Source: Desulfobacteraceae bacterium (GTDB lineage Bacteria; Desulfobacterota; Desulfobacteria; Desulfobacterales; ETH-SRB1). Taken from it: a stretch of 51,764 nt of DNA. Under the pieces are notes generated by a model, which saw nothing but the letters and a program-made list of their open reading frames with translations, had not been told where the DNA came from and did no database searches. The stretch spans positions 1-51,764 of the forward strand of contig JABZFQ010000263.1 in the NCBI GenBank assembly GCA_014237365.1, in the 5' to 3' direction. Of this stretch, positions 29,067 through 38,378 are shown in pieces. A program made the translations under genes and the position numbers. Position 1 is the stretch's first letter. Every line of letters starts with the position of its first letter.

Positions 29067-29483
29067 CTATTCCTTAGGCAGTATGGCGAGCCTGATCTGA
29101 AGAAAGCCGTTTAAATATGATGCCGTTACCTTATCAATATCAATGGATGCGGGAAGAAAAAGAATACGTTCGAATTTACCATACTGAATTTCCGCTAATC
29201 TGTATTTTATGTTTTCTACGCGCGGCAATTCAGTACGATACCCATAAATTTTAACGGCCTTTCTGCTGATTTCTATCTCCAGGTTCTCTTTATTGACTCC
29301 TGCAATTTCAGCTATAATAATTATTTCTCCAGGAATCTCATAAATATCCACTTGAGGCTTCCAGGTACATTCGGAAAGAGAAAAAATAGGATTCATAGAT
29401 CTGAACATGTATTCAATGGTTTTTTCGATTTTGGAACCTAATTCATCAAAATTATCGCTAAATCGTATTTTGATATAATCCAT
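29067..29483 (-). CDS. Hsp20/alpha-crystallin family small heat-shock protein
   Basis: Alpha-crystallin core (WKPQVDIYE...NGFLQIRL). Start set at MDYIKIRF (ATG 29483) preceded by AGGAG. Confidence 0.8.
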   Translation of the reverse strand: MDYIKIRFSDNFDELGSKIEKTIEYMFRSMNPIFSLSECTWKPQVDIYEIPGEIIIIAEIAGVNKENLEIEISRKAVKIYGYRTELPRVENIKYRLAEIQYGKFERILFLPASIDIDKVTASYLNGFLQIRLAILPKE

Positions 29484-29532
29484 TTTTGGCTCCTGTTTGT
29501 TACGGCTTATTAGATGTTTATCCATCAACTTA

Positions 29533-29600
29533 GGAACGTGGACGAATTAACTTCCCCAAATCTGTGCGCCTACTTGGGGAAGTTAATTCGTCCACGTTCC
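29533..29600. mobile_element. MITE-A copy 8: 68-bp internally deleted derivative forming a perfect 26-bp-stem hairpin
   Basis: GGAACGTGGACGAATTAACTTCCCCA, 16 nt, TGGGGAAGTTAATTCGTCCACGTTCC. TTA on the left and TTT on the right. Confidence 0.85.
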
Positions 29601-29697
29601 TTTAGGTATGAAGAAAACTATAACAATAAAGTTAATTTGTAAAGAAAATATCTCGGACGACCTCCTATAGGCAGAATGGATTGCGTTTGATTTAGAA

Positions 29698-30861
29698 ATG
29701 CCGTATTGCACAAATATGATTAAAGGCCCCAAGGATTCATTCAAATTCATAATCGGTTCTCAGTATTTTTTATATTTTGGCATTATGGGCATTTCTTTGC
29801 CCTATTTTAATTTATACTGTTATCATCTTGATTTTACCGGTTTTCAAATAGGACTCCTGTCTGCATTTAGAACGGTGATGATAGTTTTGTTCCCTTTATT
29901 TTGGGGGGCCCTGGCAGACCACTTTCAGATCAGGAGACCGATATATATTTTATGCAATTTTGTGAGCACCGGGATATGGGCATTTTATTTATATTTCACT
30001 GATTTCTGGTTAATGCTGGTTATTACCGTGTTGTACGGAATTTTTTACGCTCCCATTATATCTTTTCTTGAAGCCTTTACTATGGATGTACTGGGCAAAG
30101 AGAAAAAAAGTTATGGGAAGATTAGAGCATGGGGATCAATTTCCTTTATCGTTATTGTAATAGTCATCGGCAGTATAATTGATATTTTTTCAATTGAGAT
30201 TATTATTGCTGTAATTCTTGCCGGCTCCCTGCTTCAGGCATTTATTTCTTTTAGAATCCCCGATGTTGTCATTTCAAAGAAGGAGTCTTTTACTCCTAAG
30301 ACAAAAGTTCTATTAAAAAGGCGTGTAGCCGTCTTCCTGTTTTGCGCTTTTTTAATGCTTGTAAGCCATGGAACCTACTATGCTTTTTTTTCCATCCATT
30401 TAGACAGCCTTGGCTATGGTAAAACATTTATCGGATTTGCCTGGGCTATGGCGTCGATTGCAGAAATACTTGTAATGATAAACTCAGACAAAATATTCAA
30501 GCGTTTTTCCCTAGAAAATGTTCTGGTATTTTCATTTATGATAGCAACATTAAGATGGTTAATACTTTTCTTTGTAAAATCTCCGGTTTTAATCCTGATA
30601 TCACAGATTTTTCATGCCATCACATATGGTGCATTTCATATAGCAAGTATATTGTATATTGATTTGCTAACTCCTGATGAAGCCAAAACTCTGGGACAGG
30701 CAGCAAATAATGCTGTAACTTACGGCCTGGGGATGACGGTTGGATTTCTCTTTAACGGCTATTTATATGAAAGTGTGGGCTTGTTTAATTTGTTTATAAT
30801 AAGCAGTCTTATTGCACTGTCTGGAGGTGTGATTTTTAAATTAGGAACACGGACGAAATAA
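29698..30861 (+). CDS. MFS transporter (12-TM, MFS_1_like type)
   Basis: 387 aa, hydrophobic throughout. The last 5 codons and the stop (GTRTK*) lie inside MITE-A copy 9. Confidence 0.75.
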   Translation: MPYCTNMIKGPKDSFKFIIGSQYFLYFGIMGISLPYFNLYCYHLDFTGFQIGLLSAFRTVMIVLFPLFWGALADHFQIRRPIYILCNFVSTGIWAFYLYFTDFWLMLVITVLYGIFYAPIISFLEAFTMDVLGKEKKSYGKIRAWGSISFIVIVIVIGSIIDIFSIEIIIAVILAGSLLQAFISFRIPDVVISKKESFTPKTKVLLKRRVAVFLFCAFLMLVSHGTYYAFFSIHLDSLGYGKTFIGFAWAMASIAEILVMINSDKIFKRFSLENVLVFSFMIATLRWLILFFVKSPVLILISQIFHAITYGAFHIASILYIDLLTPDEAKTLGQAANNAVTYGLGMTVGFLFNGYLYESVGLFNLFIISSLIALSGGVIFKLGTRTK

Positions 30862-30987
30862 CTTCCCCAAGCAGGCGCATAGATTTGGGTCAGATTTGTT
30901 TTATCTTAAATCACAAAAGTTGATAGAATAGCAAGCTATTTTGATATTTTTGGGATTTAAAATCGGGCAAAGATGGCCTGAAGTTGT
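30844..30987 (+). mobile_element. MITE-A copy 9, diverged, lacking the right terminal repeat
   Basis: TTA then GGAACACGGACGAAATAACTTCCCCAAGCAGGCGCATAGATTTGGGTCAG... through ...GGCCTGAAGTTGT. Confidence 0.8.
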
Positions 30988-31065
30988 TCCGGTCGATTAT
31001 GACAGGCTGCTGACGGCGCTTTATTGTCTCAATATTGAGTTGAAAAAAAATAGAGGAGTATAAGA

Positions 31066-32691
31066 ATGCACAAGAAATTTCCACATCTTTTTGAGCCATT
31101 TAAGCTTGGTTCTGTTCGTTTAAAAAACAGAATTACCATGTCACCTCTTTTTACTGCTTCTGCCCACAAAAACGGAACTGTCAGCTCGTTGACACTGGAG
31201 CATTACAAAGAAATAGCAGAGGGCGGGGCGGGCATGATTGTAGTTGCAAATGCCATTGTTGATAAAAGCGGATCTGTATCAAAATATTCTATCAGGGTTG
31301 ATGATAACAGATTCCTGCAGGGTCTTTCCAGGCTTGCTGATACTATAAAAAAAGAGGATGCAGCGGCAGTGCTCCAGATTAATCATGGAGGATATTTTGC
31401 ACAGGGGAAAAAGACATTTTCTCCATCCTCTGTTTCCTTGAGCGATTTAAATTTAGGAGGACTGTATAAAACAGCTCTTAAATCACTTGATTTTCAGCAG
31501 CAGATAGCTGTGTTGTCAGAAGCTATACAACAACACCCTAAAAGACCAAAGAAAATGACTGAAGATGATATTAAGTACATAGTCTCAGCCTATGCTCAGG
31601 CGGCTGCACGTGCAAAAAAAGCAGGTTTTGATATGGTGGAAATTCATGGCGCAACCGGATATCTGCCTGTTCAGTTTTTATCGCCCAGAATAAACAACCG
31701 AAAAGATCAATACGGCGGTAATCTGGAGAACCGTATGCGTTTTCCTCTTGAACTTACACAAGCCGTAATGGATGCTGTTGGTTCTGATTTTCCTGTTGGA
31801 TACAGGTTTCTTGCTGAGGAATGGATAGAAGAAGGATTTTTATTGAATGAAGCAAAAATTTTTGCCCAAAGACTTTCCGCACTTAATATTGCTTATCTTT
31901 CTGTAACAGGCGGAACCTATGAATCCTTTTCCCTACCTGAAGTCAAAGAGAAATCACACGGACCAGGTTATATGGTTTATCTTGCCGGAAATATAAAAGA
32001 GGTGGTTGATGTGCCTGTAATTACTACCGGTCGTATTACTGCTCCACAGTTAGCCGAAGAGATTCTTAGTGAAAAAAAAGCGGATATTATCGGTCTTGCC
32101 CGCCCTTTGTTTGTAGATCCTAAGTGGCCAAAGAAGGCATATGAAGGTAAAGATGAAGACATAGTTCCATGTAAAAACTGCGGGGCTTGTTTCCAGCTTG
32201 TGGTATCGGATCGGCCTGCTCTCTGTACTCAGTGGGGCAAGTCAAAATTAATAAACAGAAAAAATATGATAAAAGAAATACATAATCCCCGCAAGAAAAT
32301 TTTGATTGCAATGGATGGATCGGAAAATGCCACCATGGCGGCTGCTTATACAGCAGACATGTTGGCGAACCGCACTGATGTTAGCATTACCCTTTTTCAT
32401 ATTAAAACCAATGAATCAATCAAAGACGAAAGTGGAATAAAGGAGATGATGGATATTGCGCGATCAATTTTGATAAAGGCAGGTATCCCTGAAAAGTCGA
32501 TCAATATTCAGATTCGACAAAAAAAGGCCGGTATGGGTAACGACATATTGAATGAAATAGTAGAGGCCGGCTATGGTACTGTTGTAGTAGGGCGACGAGG
32601 TGTTTCGATAGCAAATCAGCTTTTGTTTGGAAGCGTGTCAAACAAAATTGTTCAAAATACGAAAGATTGCACTGTGTGGGTAGTTGAATGA
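31066..32691 (+). CDS. Old-Yellow-Enzyme-type FMN oxidoreductase (2,4-dienoyl-CoA-reductase-like N-domain with Cys cluster) fused to a C-terminal universal stress protein domain
   Basis: LFEPFKLGSVRLKNRITMSP, INHGG, VEIHGATGYL, Cys motif CKNCGACF...C, then USP (ILIAMDGSE...VVVGRRGVS...LLFGSVSNKIVQ). Confidence 0.8.
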   Translation: MHKKFPHLFEPFKLGSVRLKNRITMSPLFTASAHKNGTVSSLTLEHYKEIAEGGAGMIVVANAIVDKSGSVSKYSIRVDDNRFLQGLSRLADTIKKEDAAAVLQINHGGYFAQGKKTFSPSSVSLSDLNLGGLYKTALKSLDFQQQIAVLSEAIQQHPKRPKKMTEDDIKYIVSAYAQAAARAKKAGFDMVEIHGATGYLPVQFLSPRINNRKDQYGGNLENRMRFPLELTQAVMDAVGSDFPVGYRFLAEEWIEEGFLLNEAKIFAQRLSALNIAYLSVTGGTYESFSLPEVKEKSHGPGYMVYLAGNIKEVVDVPVITTGRITAPQLAEEILSEKKADIIGLARPLFVDPKWPKKAYEGKDEDIVPCKNCGACFQLVVSDRPALCTQWGKSKLINRKNMIKEIHNPRKKILIAMDGSENATMAAAYTADMLANRTDVSITLFHIKTNESIKDESGIKEMMDIARSILIKAGIPEKSINIQIRQKKAGMGNDILNEIVEAGYGTVVVGRRGVSIANQLLFGSVSNKIVQNTKDCTVWVVE

Positions 32692-32714
32692 GTTCATCAG
32701 TTGCCCATAGAAAA
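32614..32714 (+). repeat. Left copy of the ~100-bp direct repeat bracketing the CRISPR-Cas island
   Basis: Aligns with 46685-46784 with 7 substitutions and 1 indel (counted by eye). Covers the last 24 codons and stop of the OYE-USP gene plus the first 6 codons of the FAD-oxidoreductase frame. Confidence 0.9.
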
Positions 32715-32778
32715 GGGCGCATAATGCCGGCAAGATATAAGATCTCACCCCACCGATACGATGGTAGAAGGAGATATT

Positions 32779-33024
32779 TTGAGAGTTAAAATTACAGCCT
32801 TAACCGAATCACCTGCTCCTATCCCGTTTAATTACAATTATGCCCTTCACTCCGCCATCTATGGTCTCATAGAAAAATCATCAGGCGAGTATTCCAGATA
32901 CCTTCATGATAAAGGCTTTATTAATGAAACAGTAAAAAGGCGATTCAAATTATTTACCTTTTCAAAGCTCTTTTTTACTATTTGGATAATGCCTGTCTTT
33001 TGGGTTAAAGTAATCCAAGGCTAA
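32779..33024 (+). pseudogene. cas6: Truncated cas6 paralog (N-terminal ~65 aa)
   Basis: LRVKITALTESPAPIPFNYNYALHSAIYGLIEKSSGEYSRYLHDKGFINETVKRRFKLFTFSKL aligns with the N-terminus of the intact Cas6 at 38379. It has the same AGGAG-5nt-TTG start context. Homology is lost after FTFSKL. Confidence 0.75.
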
Positions 33025-33100
33025 TAGCACTGGTGGAATAATGGGAAGTCATATATATAAAAACTATTATGGATAAAATTTGAAAGGATTTTGTATTATT

Positions 33101-33679
33101 ATGTATTTTGTTAATTATCGAGGGCCGTTTGGATTTATTAAACCTTGGACCGCAGTGAGAGATAGTGAAACTTTTAGCCAACAGTTTTTAACACCTTCGA
33201 TAGTGGCAGGTATTGAAAGGAAACTGTTTCCCGATCTTTTATCTGAGCCATATGACTTGTATATAATTAAAAGGCACAGGTTGTCTTACAAACAAATTTC
33301 TCATCAGCAAGAACAAATCCAGCCCAGGGGATGGAATAAAAAAAACAACTGCTTTTACAGGCCATATTCGATAATAGTTAGGGGTGTTCTTATAGAGCCT
33401 GATTTGTATCTTGGATTTGACAATGAAAAAGATGCTATACATGCTGCAAAGCAACATATATGCGTTTGCAGGAATGAAGATATTTTATTTCCCAATGAAT
33501 CAATAATTAAAATTTCTGAGGAAGACTTTGATACTCAGGAGGATATTTTTAATGGTTTTGAATTAATATTTGAACAAAACGAACAGGCCTTTTTATTAGG
33601 ATATAACCGTTTTGATGATAATAAACCTATGTATGGATGGCTTAAAATCATCGGCAACCCCGTAAAATATATATGTTGA
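33101..33679 (+). CDS. cas5: Cas5 family protein
   Basis: The N-terminus YRGPFGFIKPWTAVRDSETFSQQFLTPSIVAGIERKLF resembles the Cas5 (I-C-like) glycine/aromatic plus TPSxxxGI motif. 192 aa from ATG 33101. Overlaps the cas3 start. Confidence 0.65.
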   Translation: MYFVNYRGPFGFIKPWTAVRDSETFSQQFLTPSIVAGIERKLFPDLLSEPYDLYIIKRHRLSYKQISHQQEQIQPRGWNKKNNCFYRPYSIIVRGVLIEPDLYLGFDNEKDAIHAAKQHICVCRNEDILFPNESIIKISEEDFDTQEDIFNGFELIFEQNEQAFLLGYNRFDDNKPMYGWLKIIGNPVKYIC

Positions 33680-35841
33680 TTATGGACATTTGTCATCACA
33701 TAAAAGCAAAAGGAGCTCCTGAGTTCACAACCTTATATGATCATCTTTATCATGTTAGATTGGCAATTGAAAAATTTGCTGAATGTTTGGATTTTGATGT
33801 TGAAATTGCAAAAATAGGGGCTGTTCTCCATGATATTGGAAAAGCAAGTCCAATTTTTCAAGAAAGACTTGTATCCAAATATAGGACTGGTCAGTCAACA
33901 TTCCGCCATGAAATTGCTTCATGCTTTTTTATTTCTCTAATCAAAGAGAAACACCAACCTCAGCTAATTGAAATGGTAATTGCTCATCACAAATCAATTG
34001 AAGGGGATAAAAAACTGAAGGGGATACTTGATCTTGAAGAAAATGAAGGTGATATTTTTGAATCCCACATAAAAAACTGGGATATTTGGAAACCGGATGC
34101 CCTGAAAATACTCTCTGCCTTTGGTATTAAAACCAGAGATATTTCTTATGACGAAGCTCATGATAATTATCTTAAAGTGTTAGACTATTGCGAGAAAAGA
34201 GTTGAGGATTATGGTTATTCAAGATGGCGTGGGCTACTTATGTCTGCGGATTATTTTGCTTCTGCCCTGTCTGAATCCACAAAGAAGTATTTGAAAAATA
34301 CATTTAAAAAACCTGTCTTGAATTTTTATAATAGAAAATCAGGATTTTATCCCTTGTCGCTGAAAAAAGCTATATCTGAAAAACCACACACAATTGTTGT
34401 TGCATGTACCGGTGCAGGAAAAACAGACTATCTTTTCAGGAGATGCAAGGGACGAGTATTTTACACACTTCCGTTTCAGGCATCAATTAATGCAATGTAT
34501 CAACGGGTTAAAAATGAGTTATTACCTTCAAATCCAGACCTGGATATTCGATTGCTTCATTCTTCTTCAAAAATAGCAGTTAATGATGAATCACAAGAAG
34601 ACATCGTTTTACAACGGCTCATTGGCTCCAGTGTCAAAATTCTAACTCCCTATCAATTAGCTTCTATCATATTCGGCACAAGGGGCTTTGAATTTCAAAT
34701 TGAAGATATCAAAGGTTGTGATGTCATTCTTGATGAAATTCATACTTATACAGGTGTTTCAAAGGCAATAGCTCTGAAAATTGTGGAAGCGCTGAATTAT
34801 TTTGGCTGTCGTATCCATATTGGCACAGCTACCATGCCTTCTTCATTATATGAAAAAATTATAACATTGCTGGGGAAAAATTCTATTGAGCAGGTTTTTT
34901 TGGATAAAACAGAGCTTGAAAAATTTGATCGTCATAAACTTTTTAAGATCAATTCATGGGAGGATTCAGACCAAATAATTGCTGATGCTGTCAAAAAAAA
35001 ACAAAAAGTATTGCTTATTTGTAACCGTGTAAAATCAGCTCAAAATGTTTTAATTAGAGCAAAGAACCTATTTCCTGATATTCCATCCCTTCTTATTCAC
35101 AGCAGATTTAAACGCGGAGACAGGTATGAAAAAGAAAAGAAACTTTTAGGCGTTGATAAAAATGGACACCCAACAGGTGAATTTAACACTTCATTGGATG
35201 CTTGTATCGTGGTCTCCACACAGGTTGTTGAAGTCAGCCTGGATATCAGTTTCGATCTTATGATTACGGAAACAGCCCCTATTGATTCCTTAATTCAACG
35301 TTTTGGAAGGGTGAACAGAAAAAGATCATCATCTACTATTGGCGTTTATAAGCCAATATATTTAATCGCGCCTCCAGAAGATAAAAAAAAAGCCGCTCCT
35401 TATGATTTGGAAATATTGAAAAATAGTTTTGAAGTCCTGGAACATAATAGCATTCTCCACGAATCTGATTATCAAAAAAAGATCGATCATGTTTTTCCTG
35501 CAATATCCAGTTTAGACATAGAAACTCATACAGCATTTAAAGGAGATGGCAAATGGAATATTGAAGCGCTCACTCACAGGGACAACTCTATATTGCTCAA
35601 TCTGCTTGAAATTGACAGCGTAAACTGCATTATTGAATCTGACTGTGAAAAGTACAAAGATGCAAACTATAAGGAACAAACCCTGATAGAAATACCAGTA
35701 AGATATTATTCTATTAAAGACTTCTCCCAGTTGAATTGTGGCAGTGACCCATTTGTTATACCAGATCAAGGATACTCTGATGAAATGGGGTTGGAAATCG
35801 ACAAGGCTAAATTACATCAAACAGACTTAAATTTTATTTGA
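33673..35841 (+). CDS. cas3: Cas3 HD nuclease-helicase fusion
   Basis: HD motifs (HLYHV, LHDIGK, FRHE, AHHKS). Helicase motifs ACTGAGKTD, VILDEIH, QRFGRVNRK. Confidence 0.9.
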   Translation: MLIMDICHHIKAKGAPEFTTLYDHLYHVRLAIEKFAECLDFDVEIAKIGAVLHDIGKASPIFQERLVSKYRTGQSTFRHEIASCFFISLIKEKHQPQLIEMVIAHHKSIEGDKKLKGILDLEENEGDIFESHIKNWDIWKPDALKILSAFGIKTRDISYDEAHDNYLKVLDYCEKRVEDYGYSRWRGLLMSADYFASALSESTKKYLKNTFKKPVLNFYNRKSGFYPLSLKKAISEKPHTIVVACTGAGKTDYLFRRCKGRVFYTLPFQASINAMYQRVKNELLPSNPDLDIRLLHSSSKIAVNDESQEDIVLQRLIGSSVKILTPYQLASIIFGTRGFEFQIEDIKGCDVILDEIHTYTGVSKAIALKIVEALNYFGCRIHIGTATMPSSLYEKIITLLGKNSIEQVFLDKTELEKFDRHKLFKINSWEDSDQIIADAVKKKQKVLLICNRVKSAQNVLIRAKNLFPDIPSLLIHSRFKRGDRYEKEKKLLGVDKNGHPTGEFNTSLDACIVVSTQVVEVSLDISFDLMITETAPIDSLIQRFGRVNRKRSSSTIGVYKPIYLIAPPEDKKKAAPYDLEILKNSFEVLEHNSILHESDYQKKIDHVFPAISSLDIETHTAFKGDGKWNIEALTHRDNSILLNLLEIDSVNCIIESDCEKYKDANYKEQTLIEIPVRYYSIKDFSQLNCGSDPFVIPDQGYSDEMGLEIDKAKLHQTDLNFI

Positions 35842-35853
35842 AAAGATATTATT

Positions 35854-37251
35854 ATGATCTCAATAAATGTTGGACGCATATTTTTAAAAGCTTTTAATGA
35901 AAAGAATAATAAATCATATTCCTCCAAGGAATTTTTTGAAAAAATCTTTTTTGACCTTTTTTTTAATCATTCCAAATATATGATCTGGCCCACAAACTCG
36001 CCTTTTGTACAGATGAAAAAAGGCCAAAAAATACATCTTTTAAGCGAAGAAGAAAGACATGATAAGCTGAATGAATTTTTCGTAAAGGCAAAAACAGAAA
36101 CACCTGATTCTAGTTTTGCTATTGGATTTCCTGCTTCAGAATTAAAAGAGTTTGCAACAACATCAGGGCTTGTAAGCGACCTGGAAATTCCTGCTGATGA
36201 ATCTGATATCTATTACTCATGGATCGGATCTGGTTTAGGGCTTGGAGTCTCAGGCGGGGTGTGTATTTTCTTTACTGACCCTGAAATTTTGCTAAAAATT
36301 TTTGAAGGTTGGTATGTTTATCGACATTTCTTGAATGACGAGAGTTTAGATAAACTTGCCCCCAATAAAATAAACAGTTGGAATGGACAATGGTTAAATT
36401 ATGCTTACAGCAAAAAATATAGAGAAAATTTTGATTTTGCAAGTTTGACCAATCAACAAGTCTTTATGCAGGAAAAAAGCGGGAGTGTTATAATTGAAAC
36501 GATTAAATGGAGTAAATTATTTTTCAATATTTCTAGACAATTTTCTGATCAAACATTAATGGGGTATGTTTACAGCTTAGGACAGACAAATAAAACACTG
36601 GGTTTCTTACCATTCCATTTTAAGCAGGCACAAAAGATTAAACATTTTTACAAACTTCTTTTTGGAGAAAACAACGTAATTAAGGATAGCGCTGCATATG
36701 AGGATATATATGGTGCTCATATAAAAAGGGCTTGTGAATTAGGAGTAATAGGACTCCATGCATTACAGCCGGAAGGCTTAAAACAATATTTTGCAGAAGG
36801 GAAAAAACCTGACTTCAAAAAACCAAACATTACGCCAAAAAAGGGGGAAGATGAAAATACATATAAGGTCAGGGAAGAAAAGGCATCTTTAAAGGATAAG
36901 GAGAAAGTTATTTTATTTAGAACCTATAAAACATGGTTGGTTGCTATGATTACAAAAAACAAAGAAGAAATGATTGATTATACAAAAGACGTTGCAATCG
37001 CTCTACATTCATATAGGGCAAAAGCTACAAAGACTGTCGCAAAAAATCTTATTGAAAAGGAACTGCTTGTTGCAAAATCCAAAAAGAAATTTATAGATGC
37101 CCTGGTGGAAATCGTGAAAGATACCCCAACAGAGTATCTGGAGACCTTTAAAGAACTGAAAAATCGAGTTCACCTTATGACATCGGAGGACTTCGGATAT
37201 TTTGTTGTTCTTCTCAGATTTGATTATGCTTATGAAGAAAGAAATATTTAA
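35854..37251 (+). CDS. Candidate Cascade large subunit (Cas8-like), family not recognised
   Basis: Assigned by position between cas3 and cas7, by size (465 aa), and by a Lys-rich helical C-terminal ~100 aa. I cannot match any motif to a named Cas8 family. Confidence 0.45.
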   Translation: MISINVGRIFLKAFNEKNNKSYSSKEFFEKIFFDLFFNHSKYMIWPTNSPFVQMKKGQKIHLLSEEERHDKLNEFFVKAKTETPDSSFAIGFPASELKEFATTSGLVSDLEIPADESDIYYSWIGSGLGLGVSGGVCIFFTDPEILLKIFEGWYVYRHFLNDESLDKLAPNKINSWNGQWLNYAYSKKYRENFDFASLTNQQVFMQEKSGSVIIETIKWSKLFFNISRQFSDQTLMGYVYSLGQTNKTLGFLPFHFKQAQKIKHFYKLLFGENNVIKDSAAYEDIYGAHIKRACELGVIGLHALQPEGLKQYFAEGKKPDFKKPNITPKKGEDENTYKVREEKASLKDKEKVILFRTYKTWLVAMITKNKEEMIDYTKDVAIALHSYRAKATKTVAKNLIEKELLVAKSKKKFIDALVEIVKDTPTEYLETFKELKNRVHLMTSEDFGYFVVLLRFDYAYEERNI

Positions 37252-37272
37252 CCAATGCGTTCAGGAGAGACT

Positions 37273-38331
37273 ATGCATACTATTTATATTAGAACTTTAA
37301 AAAAAGCAGAACACACTGTTTTTTGTGTTGCAAATGGACAGAAAACCTATTTTGATCCTCAATTTAACAGATTAGTACCATACTCCAGCGGGCAACAAAT
37401 AAAACGCTCAATTATTGACAGACTATCAACAGAATTAAATGAGATTCCAGCCCCTGTAACATTTCTGTTTGATGTGACTAAAAAAAAGGAAATTACAGAA
37501 GGTGAAGTTTTCGGCACATGTGACCCTTCTAATTTTGACCAGTTGCTTGGTGGCTGGATGAAAGCCATAAAAGGCGGAAAAGAAAAAACTATAAAACGAA
37601 GAAGTCCTTTTTCCATATCTGCAATGAGAGCGCTGCATCCATTACTTGCAGGTATCAATAAAGAGGACATTACTTTTGATAGAAGTGGGCGATCAAATAA
37701 TAAAGTTATCGTAAGAGATCCTGAAGGAAATTACCTTTCTGAAGATGATATCAGAAGTCTGCTTGAGGATAAGGATAGAAGTCTGGTTCGTAAATGGATA
37801 CCAGACCACAGGACAGTTACTGGTTTATTCGTTCAGGATATTGCAATTGATTTAAGACGTTTGTTTTGTATCAGTTTAAATATTTATGAGCCGGAAATAA
37901 ACCAGCCTACTGAAAAAAAATTAAGAGAAAATGGTTGGATTGAAGCAAAAAATATTTTCGGAGATTGCCTGGTGGCACCTCCAAAAACAAGAGAAAAGCT
38001 TATTCCTGCAATTTCCAAAGCAATTATTAACTGGCAGATAACCTCAAATCAATCCAGAACATTCAGTCTCATGGAAACTCTTGCAGTTGCAGTAAGTGAT
38101 AATGCTAATAAAATTGCAAGCAGTATCCGGGGAAAATTAAGTGAAGAAAATGAAAATAGAGCTGTCCCTGTAATAGAAGAAAATTTTGACGGGGTTGATA
38201 TCTTTATCACTCTTACTGCAGGAGGCTATGTCCTCACAAAGTCAGAAAAAGCTGACGCTTTAGAATTAGCAGAACAAAATATTATAAACAAAATAAATGC
38301 CTTTGATTATGAAAACCAATTGAATGGTTAG
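37273..38331 (+). CDS. cas7: Cas7 family (Cascade backbone) protein
   Basis: PYSSGQQIKRSIIDRL and RRSPFSISAMRALHP resemble Cas7 RRM-core motifs. Start at ATG 37273 with AGGAG 5 nt upstream. Confidence 0.65.
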   Translation: MHTIYIRTLKKAEHTVFCVANGQKTYFDPQFNRLVPYSSGQQIKRSIIDRLSTELNEIPAPVTFLFDVTKKKEITEGEVFGTCDPSNFDQLLGGWMKAIKGGKEKTIKRRSPFSISAMRALHPLLAGINKEDITFDRSGRSNNKVIVRDPEGNYLSEDDIRSLLEDKDRSLVRKWIPDHRTVTGLFVQDIAIDLRRLFCISLNIYEPEINQPTEKKLRENGWIEAKNIFGDCLVAPPKTREKLIPAISKAIINWQITSNQSRTFSLMETLAVAVSDNANKIASSIRGKLSEENENRAVPVIEENFDGVDIFITLTAGGYVLTKSEKADALELAEQNIINKINAFDYENQLNG

Positions 38332-38378
38332 TTTTAAATTTAAAATATTAAATACATGATTTATTATGAGGACATATT

